The notes under the pieces are model-generated. The model worked only from the letters and a program-made list of their open reading frames with translations, searched no databases and was not told the DNA's origin. From an uncultured Acidimicrobiia bacterium (GTDB lineage: Bacteria > Actinomycetota > Acidimicrobiia > IMCC26256 > JAENVU01), in contig CAVXVA010000008.1 of assembly GCA_963765075.1 (NCBI GenBank), positions 133,078 to 197,077 on the forward strand: a stretch of DNA of 64,000 bases, written 5' to 3'. Within the stretch, counting starts at the first letter, position 1. Every line of letters starts with the position of its first letter. Shown in pieces: positions 38,720-47,505 of this stretch. The position numbers and the translations under genes are program-made.

Positions 38720-41700
38720 TTACCGGGAATCGACCACGATGCGGTAGGTCGTGTTGACACTGCTGGCGTCGCCGGGCCAGCGGTCACGAGGCGACCGTGG
38801 AGAGCGCGTCGTCGATCGATCGAGATCGGTCACCCAGATCGGTCCGAAGCGCTCGAGAATGTCAACGTAGTGCGAGACTGGGAACTCGGCATTCGGCACG
38901 TCGTACTGCATGCCGGCGACACCGGCGACCTCGGTGACCTGGTCAAGGGCAGCCCGGCGTCGATGTACGGCAGCCACTCGGCACCGATCGAAGGGATGTA
39001 CTCGTGGACCGACTGGGCGGCCTGGTTCTTCCAGTTGGCCATCATCGTGGCGACGGTCGCCCAGCACGCCATCGGCGTGTCCTGGCGCAGTGGTCCAACG
39101 TGCCGGGAATGGAGACGTCGTGCTTTGTCGCCTCCGCCTCGATCACGACCTCGAGGCTCTTGAGGTTTCCCTCGGCGTCGCTCTCGGTCGCCTTGACCGA
39201 GCCCGCACCTTCCTGCGAGAGCTGGACCGCGGACCTGATCGAGGACGGAGTAGCCCTCCGCTCATCGCGATCGGCCTCCGCCCCCGCGGCGGCACCGCCG
39301 TCGATCTGTTGCTGCGCGTGGGCCTTGACCAGCGTGCCGTATTCCTCGTCGTTCAGCGCTCCCTTCGTCTTGGCCGAGTCGAGCGTCTCCATGATCTTGT
39401 CGGAGTGCTCAGTGTTGTGGGACTGCATCGCCATACCCTTCGCCATCTCGGCAAAGGCCTTCGTGTTCTCCTGGTTGGAGAGGTAGGTGCGCATCGCGTT
39501 CTGCTGGGTGGCCCCCAGGCCGGTGATGTCGTTGAAGATACCGGCCTTGCCGAGCAGCTCGGTGATGCCGCCGAGTCCCTCGCCCAGCGCTGGAAGTGCC
39601 GGCGCGTTCTGGATGTTCACGAGCGGCGGCGCGAACGCTCGAACGCGGCCTTCCAGTCGGTGACGGTCGGCGTGGGCGTGGCGACCGGCAGGAGCGCGGT
39701 TGGCTCGTCGGTACGGAAGCGTTCCCAGTCCTGTGACGAGTTCTCCTTCACGCGCTCGCAAGCGTCGCACACGCCCTGCACCGCTTCGAGGAACACCCCG
39801 TCTGACGGCACACTGATGCGGTACGGGGGCACCGGCTCCTCCGGCCGATAGTGGTCCATGATCGAGCACGCGCTCGGTCTCGCCTTCCTCGTCGACCTCC
39901 GAGAGGTAGGACTGGCTCACGCGGTAGCCCGCGGCGACTGGGAAGATGATTGAGTTCCCCGAGATCCCGAGCAGCTGGTTCTTCACAACCGACGCGAGGC
40001 TGCGGGCCGGTTGCGGGACGCCGAAGTCGTTGTAGACATCGATGTTGAACCCGTCGAGCAGCATGTACCGACGGTCTGGATCCAGCTGTGTCCAGAGGAC
40101 CTTGTTGTAGTGCTCGATGTTGCTGTTGAGGTGCTCGATCAGCTTGCGGGCGAGATACCGGTCCTCGTCATGCGGGTCGCGCTGCTCGGAGGAATTCATC
40201 GGAGCGTTCACGACGTATGGAGAAACCACGTTGTCGTACAGATCGGTGTTGACGGTCGTGTTGACGACATAGCCGTCGGAGTGGCTCGCCGTGTAGTGGA
40301 TGCTCAGGCCCTCGATGCTGAGCGTCGCCTGGTCCCAGAAGTCGGCCCAATAGCTGATCGTCTTGGAGTAACGGATTCGTACCTCGGTGATCTCCCGCCT
40401 GTCTTCGACGTGCGGGCTCCGAAGTTCATTCTGATCAGACGCCGGCCGCCGTGGTACTTCCCCGCTGGCGTCGTATCAAGAGTGGTAAAGGGCTCCAGCG
40501 TGATCGTGTTCTCCGTGAGGGCCTCGAAGATGCGCGGCGCGATCTCCTCGTTGAACGTCTGATCCCACTGTGAGATGGTCTTGTGGGCGAAGTAGTTCTG
40601 CAGGAAGGCCTCGAGGTCGTCGTAACCGAGCAGCCCGGCGACGGCTCGGCACAGGCGGTCATCGCGACTTCCGGGCTCGAAGAAGTCCTTGAAGTTGATG
40701 ACCTCGATGACGTCTTCGGGACGGCCCGTCTGGAAGTTGTCGTAGATACGGATGTGGGAGTCGATGAACTTCTCCCGCTCCTCCCAACCGTGCTTCGAGA
40801 TGTCCGGCCCGAGGAAGGCGTCGGCGATGAAGCCGAAGAGGCCACCACCGTGGTGGTTCACCAGCACCTCGCGCTTGACCACCGGGAAAGACTTGACCCG
40901 GTCGTAGACGGTCTTGGGGCGCGGGATGTCGACCCGCAGGTTGAAGTGTCCGGTCACCGACGTGATCGGGTCGTCGCAATAGGCGCCGGCAGGGAAGTCG
41001 ACGAACTGGTAACCGGACTGGATGCGGGCGTTCGCGTCGAACGCCGGGATCAACGGATGCTTGGCGCGATAGCGGAGGAACGGTACGGGCTGGAGATAGG
41101 TGTTGGCCGGGAGCGGAAGGAGGTGCTGTGCGAGCACGTCCGACCACTTGTAGATGTTGCTCGGCGAGAACTCCGTCATGAGGAGAGGGACGAAGATGCA
41201 CTCCTCGACCGACTCGAGCTCCTGGAACACCGCGAAGTGCCGCAGCACCTCGAAGTACATCATCGTGAGCGCATGGCAGTGGTTATGGTTGGCGATGACG
41301 TCAGTCGTCAGGTCGTACGTCTGGCCCTCCCGGACCGTCGTTACCACGGTCGCATTCAGCTGCCGATAGCTGCGCGCGTTCTGCAGGATGCCCTGTCTCA
41401 GCTGCTCGCCGAAGAACATCGCAGTGTTGCGCGAGCTGTTCTGCGACGTGTTGGCTTCGGAGTTGGAGTACCCGCCGGCGACGCCCAGCGATGCCCCGAT
41501 ACCCCCGTACGACACGCCGACTCCGAGCCCGGCACTGACGCCAGCAGTGTTCGAGTCGCTGTGACCACGCAGCGCCTCAGCGACGTTGCCGCTCACCTGA
41601 TCCAGCACGTTCCGTTCGTTGATCAGGCTGGCGCTCAGCGACTCCGCTTGGGAGATCGACTGCGACTCGGACGCCTGAAGCCGATGACGTGCGTCAATCT

Positions 41701-42943
41701 GGACGATCTCACGTTTCTGGCCAGGCGCCAGGGCGAGGGAGTAGAGCAGGTCACCGAGCGAGTAGCCGTCGGCCTTGAACACCGCCTTGTAATGCAAGAC
41801 GTGGCCGGTTGCGATCGTCACCGCCTGGTAGAGCGACAGATTCTCATGGGCACCGGGAGCGTCCTGCCAGCGAATCGGGTTGGCGAGGCTGACCCGGTCG
41901 CGGGTCTGGGTCACCGTCCCGCCCTGGAGGTCGAAGTTCCAACCGTCGGAGTTCCGCACCAGCGTGTAATTGGCAACGTCCGGATCGGAGGTCCGCACGA
42001 TGCCTCGATACGAGAACTCGGCCAATGTGCGATTCGGCACGGAGAGGTTCACGCACCCGGCACCGAGGTCCTGGGTGTAGTCACCCGAGCCGACGAGGTC
42101 TGCCTGGTCAGGGAGGCGCCCAGCCCCGTTCCCGCCGTGACAGTCGCAGTCCTCACCGTCCGCGTGTGGGCAGGTCGGGTCGGTGACGAGCAGGTAGAGG
42201 AAGTCATCCGAGATGGTGTCCGGCGAATTCTCAGCGTGGACCGCGATGTCGGCCGGATGGTCGGGCGCAAGTGACGTCAGCGCCTGCGCGTGGACATAGT
42301 CCCCTGACGGGTAGGGCATCCAGAAGTTGCCCGACGAGTCGGTGGACGCCGCCCCGACGACCCTCCACACGCCGTCGTCGGTCTCCTTGGCCTGAACGAT
42401 GACGGTGACGTCCTTGACCGGGCAGTCCTTCACGAGTTCGACGACGCGTCCGCGCAGCCGCTTGCCCACCGACGTCGGCCCCTCGCCGGGATCCAACCGC
42501 ACAGGCCTCACACGGTCGACGACGATCTCGAGCTCCGCGAGCTCCTCCGAACGCGCCGGATGCGTTGCTGTCCACTGCACGACTCCGTCGAAGGACTTGA
42601 CGGTGACCGCAACCAGCGCAGGCCGGCCTCCGACGACGATCTTGCGTGACTCGGCGAAATCGAAGGGAACCCGTCCGTGTTCGAGTCGGTTGACGCTGTT
42701 GGCCCAGTCGTAGCGGAAGGACGTCGCGAGCGAACCGTCGGAAGGTTGGTACTGCGCTTCGAGTTCGTAGAAGACCAGATCCTTCTTCGTGAGCGCCGGT
42801 CGACCGTCGGAACGCAATTCGAAGGTGCCGGCGATCGTCAGTGGTGCGAGCTCGCCGAGCTCGAGGGGGAAGTCGAAAAGCGCGGGCAGGTACCGGACGA
42901 CCCACTTGAGGAGCTCGGGCTCGGGCTCGAGCCCGATGCTCAC
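38720..42943 (-). pseudogene. island gene B: ~1,400-aa multidomain protein of unknown family with a C-terminal papain-like Cys-peptidase module; at least 5 frame disruptions
   Basis: ORFs 40304..42943, 39042..40229, 39617..39859, 38830..39072 and 38720..39067 tile one reading unit. This needs 1-nt shifts at about 40414-40417, 39853-39863, 39620-39645, 39093-39106 and 38947-38949. GTG start 42943 overlaps the gene A stop (GTGA). Confidence 0.6.
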
Positions 42944-43591
42944 GAGGGACCGTCGCAGGACCTCCCGATTCTCCGGCTGAAGTCGTCGAAGATGGTGTCG
43001 GGTCCGATTTCGGTGGCATCCAGATACCGAATGAAGAGCAGTGCCAGGAACTGCTCGTCACGCCCGGTCAGATCTGACCAGACACGGGCGTACTCTTCGA
43101 GGCGCTCGGCGTTGACGAGCACGATCCGACGTTCCAACTCAGGCCCGGGATCGGCATCCGTCGCGCACTCGAGCCCCGACGCCGCCCACAAGCGCGCCCC
43201 GTCCGAGAATGCCCCACTGACGATCAGGGGGATTGCGCGCACGATCGTCGTTCCGACCACGGCACTGTCGATGCTGAACTCGACGGGAATTCCGAAGGCC
43301 AACGACGCCAGTCGGCCCTCGGCGAACGCCGTAAGGAAGAATCGAACGAAGCGGCTCCGCGCTGCCGGTCGGCGCGCCGACGAGCCCTGACGCCGACGCG
43401 ACGATCGAGTACTGATCAGCGTCGAGCCGCTGATCCGCTCCTACCGGGTCGGTTTCGACTAGTACCCGCTCGATGCGGTCGTCGCCAGCGACGAAATCGA
43501 AGACCGGCAGCTGCGCTCCTATCTGAACGGAATCCACCGGCGCATCTACGTCCGCGCCGCGATAGGCGAAACTTCGCTGCAGCGTGACCAT
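42940..43591 (-). pseudogene. island gene A: ~217-aa orphan protein, one frame disruption
   Basis: ATG 43591 follows GGAGAGGGGG (MVTLQRSFAYRGADVDAPVDSVQIG...). At about 43335-43357 the sensible reading moves to the frame of ORF 42940..43302 (...RFVRFFLTAFAEGRLASLAFGIPVEFSID...). No family recognised. Confidence 0.5.
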
Positions 43592-43666
43592 TACAGCCCC
43601 CTCTCCGAGCCTCAGCCGCTGGTCCGGCCATGCTCCTGCCTCGGCGGACGGTAACCGCTCCGACTG

Positions 43667-44080
43667 GTGATTTCCAGGGCCACCTTCGAATGTCGAGACA
43701 GGGGGCGTCCGCCGACCGGGACCGCAGAAAGAACTGACACTGACAAGAAGCGCGCGTCCTATGAAGGCAAGCTCAAGCGTCTCGAAGCCGAACGCCAGAA
43801 GCTGCTCCAAGCCCACTACGCCGATGCCGTACCGCTCGATCTGATGAAGAGCGAACAGGCGCGCATCACCGAAGAGATCGCCAGCACCAACAACGCGCTG
43901 CAAGGTGCGGTGTTCGATGCTGAGCGCATCGAGCAGACTGCCGAGCGGGTAGTGCAGCTCCTGAAGAACTGCCAGACGACCTACGAGGAGATGGGGCCCC
44001 ACGAACGCCGGCTCATGAACCAGGCCTTCTTTCACAAGATCTGGGTCACCGAGGAAGGCGTCGTCGGCTGGGAGTACTAG
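43667..44080 (+). pseudogene. C-terminal fragment of a large serine recombinase gene
   Basis: Coiled-coil/C-terminal motifs KLKRLEAERQKLLQAHYADAVPLDLMKSEQARI and RRLMNQAFFHKIWVTEEGVVGWEY. The resolvase catalytic domain and zinc ribbon are absent. The frame is interrupted by TAG at 44078. Confidence 0.65.
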
Positions 44081-44254
44081 CAACCCTTCGCCAGCCTGCT
44101 CAGACGCCACAAGGCAAAGAGCCGATCTTCACGGCCGAGGTCCAAGAAATCTCGGCAGGCGAACGCTGGCGACCCCGACAGACACGCTATGAACGAAGAC
44201 GCCCCAGCCAGACGGCCGGGGCTTCCCATCGGCCTGGTTCGAAACAGATCTACT

Positions 44255-44342
44255 TGGCGGAGGGAGAGGGATTCGAACCCTCGGTGAGTTTCCCCACACA
44301 CGCTTTCCAAGCGTGCCGATTCGGCCGCTCTCGCACCCCTCC
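44255..44342 (-). tRNA. tRNA-Ser (anticodon GGA), CCA encoded
   Basis: Reverse complement has acceptor GGAGGGG, anticodon arm CACGC-TTGGAAA-GCGTG, a long variable arm, T arm GAGGG-TTCGAAT-CCCTC, and terminal GCCA. Confidence 0.9.
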
Positions 44343-44530
44343 GGGCGTCTCGCGAGCGAGACGTCGAGTGGGTGATGGTAGCGGGCGAGGTCCTGATACC
44401 CTCCCCTCGCGGACCGTGCTAGGTGGGGAACCTGTGGTGCCCTGTAACCCTCAATCCACATGTGGGGGGCTGAATTCCTGCCTGAGGCTCGAGCCGGAAT
44501 AGGGAAGGCGACTCGCACGCAGCGTCGAGG

Positions 44531-44625
44531 GCCGGGTCCTGCGCAACGAGATCTCGTGAACCGAGTCAGGTCCGGAAGGAAGCAGCTCTCAGCGGGCCCT
44601 CTCGTGTGCCGCAGGGTTGCCTGGT
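44531..44625 (+). ncRNA. ffs: signal recognition particle RNA (small bacterial 4.5S type)
   Basis: Conserved domain IV string gtgaaccgagtcaggtccggaaggaagcagc. It is closed by helices cctgcg/cgcagg and acgaga/tctcgt. The classic position upstream of dnaX-ybaB-recR fits. Ends are approximate. Confidence 0.75.
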
Positions 44626-44745
44626 CTGAGCCAGCGACGAGACCCGCGCCCTATTGCGTCGAGTCGATTGCAGGTGCACGGTCCGCATCCGCGAATTTGC
44701 GGGTGGTCCCTCACTCCGGGACGCCACGCGAATACTCTCCCGCCC

Positions 44746-45522
44746 GTGGGGGAGAGGGCGAAATCCACGTCGCGTACGCGCGCGCTGACTGCAGTGCCGC
44801 GCGTCCGGGCGCCGATTCGGTTGACCGTGTTCGCGGTGCTGGCGCTCGCGGGCGTCAGCGTCGTGTCGTTCCCGTCTCCCGGTGCTGCCGGACCGTCGGA
44901 TCCACCCGGGTTGCGCGTTGCGGTCCTGACGCCGGACTTCACCGATTCACTCAGCTTCGAGACTGCCCCCGGTCGGATTCAGGCGATCGCGGCGGCTTCC
45001 AACAGCCATACGAATTTGCGGTCGGTGTTCTGGTGGTCCGACGCGCCGGTCGAAACCGATGCCACGAGCTGCGCGACCTGGACCGACGAGGCCGGCACGC
45101 TGACCCAGCAGGGTGCTGCACTCCACCTGACCGACGGTCCGCGTGGCTCGGTTCAAGCAATCACCGTGACCAAGAACATCTACTTCGGTGGTCCATGGAT
45201 CTTCAACGTCCACGTCTGGGATTCCGACACCGGTCGGATGGAGCGGCTCGACTCCGTCCCGGTGCGCTCGCTGCTCGTGGACAACGACGAGGCTCAGGTG
45301 CGGCCGCTGCCCTGGCGGCTCTGCGCCCGCACCCGGGGCTCCGAGCTCTCGTTCAAGGTCTGGCCGACCGCCGCCGCGGAGCCACCGTGGGGCGACTCCC
45401 GATTCGGGGGCACGATCGCCCTGCCTGCCGATGCCCCCGCGTCCGGCGCCAGCGGCTGGTACGTCGGTCACATGAGCCCCGGCACCGTGTCGACATTCAG
45501 CGACCTCGAGACCACGGCTTGA
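44746..45522 (+). CDS. hypothetical secreted protein
   Basis: Part of ORF 44617..45522. GTG 44746 gives a basic N-region and hydrophobic core (RAPIRLTVFAVLALAGVSVVSFPSPGAAG). No family recognised; the start is uncertain. Confidence 0.5.
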   Translation: MGERAKSTSRTRALTAVPRVRAPIRLTVFAVLALAGVSVVSFPSPGAAGPSDPPGLRVAVLTPDFTDSLSFETAPGRIQAIAAASNSHTNLRSVFWWSDAPVETDATSCATWTDEAGTLTQQGAALHLTDGPRGSVQAITVTKNIYFGGPWIFNVHVWDSDTGRMERLDSVPVRSLLVDNDEAQVRPLPWRLCARTRGSELSFKVWPTAAAEPPWGDSRFGGTIALPADAPASGASGWYVGHMSPGTVSTFSDLETTA

Positions 45523-45560
45523 CCCGACGGGGAGCGTCGCCGGGTCGATAGGGTCGGGCG

Positions 45561-47497
45561 ATGTCGTTCCAGGCCCTGTACCGGAAGTACCGACCGCAAC
45601 GGTTCGGCGAGCTGGTCGGTCAGGACCACATCACCGCGGCGCTGCGCAACGCGGTTCGAGAGAACCGGATCGGCCACGCCTACCTCTTCTCCGGGCCGCG
45701 CGGAAATGGCAAGACCACGACGGCTCGCGTCCTGGCCAAGGCGCTCAACTGCCTCGATCTCGGTGACGACGGGGAGCCGTGCGGGCAGTGCGAGAACTGT
45801 GTGTCGATCGCGGCCGGGACCTTCAGCGATCTGATCGAGATGGACGCCGCGTCGAACCGGGGGATCGACGACGCCCGAGACCTCGTGAGCCGGATCAGTC
45901 TCGGCCTCGGCGCCACCTCCAAGCGGAAGGTGTACCTCCTCGACGAGGTGCACATGCTCACTCCGCAGGCGGCGAACACGCTCCTCAAGACCATCGAGGA
46001 ACCTCCGGCTCACGTGGTCTTCATCCTCGCGACCACCGAACCCGAGAAGGTGCTGCCCACGATTCGGTCGCGCACGCAGCACTTCGAGTTCAAGTACCTG
46101 ACCGTCGACGAGTTGACCGGCCTGCTCGCGTCGGTCCTGACCGACGAAGGTGTCGAGTTCGAAACCGATGCGTTGGCGATCGTGGCACGCGCAGCCGGCG
46201 GTTCGGCGCGCGACTCCGAGTCCCTGCTGGACCTGGTCCTGGCGCGCGGCGGTGCCGTCACGGTGGCGGCGGTCGAGGCCGCGCTCGGCGGCGCACCCTT
46301 CGAACTCCAGATGACGATCCTCGACGCCGTCGCGGCCGAGGACGTTGCCGGTGTCCTCACCGGCGTCGCCGCCTTACTCGATGCCGCGCACGACCCGCGC
46401 CGTATCGCCGAAGGATTGCTCGGGTCGCTGCGAGACGCGTTCATCTCCGTGGCGGGTGCGGGTCGGGTCGCGATCGACGAGCCCGACGAGGTCCGAGCCC
46501 GACTCCGGACCGTCGGGGAGACGATGGGGAACGCGGTACTGGTGCGCGCCCTCGAAACGTTGGGGCAAGCCATCGTCGACATGCGGGGCACCGATGCCGC
46601 CGATCCGCGCCTCGTCTTGGAGATTGCGCTGGTCCGGCTGGCCCGGCGTGATGCCGCGGGCTCGCTGCAAGCACTCGCCGATCGTGTCGACCGACTGGAG
46701 GCCCGCCTCGAACCGGGCGGTGCGCCGGTATCGGCCGGCGCGGTACCCGCGGCTCCGACCGCGGCTGCGCCCCACCTACGCCCGAACCAACGCCCGCACC
46801 CACGAGGTCGGCGGCGCCGGCGCGGCCGGCCCGGACGCGACGCGCCGCGGCCGAACCCGAGGAGCCCGCGGCGCCGACACCTTCGAGCGATGCCGACGCG
46901 GCTCCGGTTCCGCGGGGTCGACCGGCCGCGCTGGGCGCACTGCGCAAAGCCGCGGCGTCGACGTCCCCCGCCGGTGCCGACCCGGAACCGGCTCCGGCAG
47001 CTGCGGCGGATGCCGACGCGCCGGCGCCGCCGACCGACCCGGCGGTGGAGTTCGACTTCTCCGACGTGATCGTGGCCTGGGCGAGGGTGTTGGACGCCGT
47101 GCCGAAGTCGCTGCGGGCATCGGTGATGGAGGCCCAGCCGGTGCGGGTCGAAGGCAACGTCATCGTCTTCGGCGTGGCTCGGAATCACATCGACGCGGTG
47201 AAACCCAAGTTCCAGAAAGACGCGGATGCCATCCGTCAGGCGTTCATCCAGGAACTGGGTGGGCCGCCGCGGTTCAAGTTCACCCAGCAGGAGTGGGGCG
47301 ACGGCGAAGGTCCGCCGCACCGCCTGAACGTCGCCCCCGAACCCGAACCGCCACCGGAGTTCGATGACGCCATCGACCTGGTCGATCCGGAAGAACTCGT
47401 GGACGCACCAATGAGTGAGGGGCCGGCAGTAGATTCGGTGACACGTCTTGCCGATCAGTTCGGTGCGACGGTCGTGGAAGAGCAGCCGAAGCCGTAG
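45561..47497 (+). CDS. dnaX: DNA polymerase III subunit gamma/tau; the full-length product needs a -1 frame change at about 46770-46773
   Basis: The N-terminal AAA+ clamp-loader part is intact (GPRGNGKTTTARVLAKALNC, CGQCENC, LDEVHML, SRTQHF). Frame 0 then gives ~100 aa of Arg/Pro junk to 47069. The -1 frame gives a Pro/Ala/Glu linker that runs into ORF 47045..47497 (VEFDFSDVIVAW...). Confidence 0.85.
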
Positions 47498-47505
47498 GGG
47501 ATCTC

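Larger units (their letters stand above)
37382..44254. mobile_element. degenerate genomic island / prophage remnant next to tRNA-Ser(GGA)
   Basis: The right border abuts the 3' end of tRNA-Ser(GGA) and a truncated serine recombinase gene. The contents have no recognisable backbone function and carry about 10-fold more frame disruptions than flanking DNA. The left border is undefined, and I found no tRNA-derived direct repeat by eye. Confidence 0.45.

Noticed and set aside
40583-42274. 563-aa plus-strand ORF inside the island
   Set aside because: It is antisense to the 879-aa segment of island gene B, whose sequence has balanced composition and patterned motifs. The plus-strand product is Arg/Val/Asp/Gly-rich with no structure.
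43139-44110. 323-aa minus-strand ORF spanning the gene A start and the recombinase fragment
   Set aside because: Only the stretch from ATG 43591 down to roughly 43340 reads as plausible protein (the first part of gene A). Below that point the sensible reading moves to the frame of ORF 42940..43302. The upstream half of the ORF is antisense to the serine recombinase fragment.
37488-44254. Lower GC content as evidence that the island is foreign
   Set aside because: Hand counts of a few 60-nt lines gave about 60-63% in gene B, but some backbone lines are similar. Without a windowed GC or codon-usage calculation I cannot support a compositional claim.
44254-44502. 82-aa ORF beginning MAEGEGFEPSV
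   Set aside because: It is simply the complement of tRNA-Ser(GGA) and its upstream region translated. It is not an independent gene, though it hints at how a recombinase 3' end once overlapped the tRNA.
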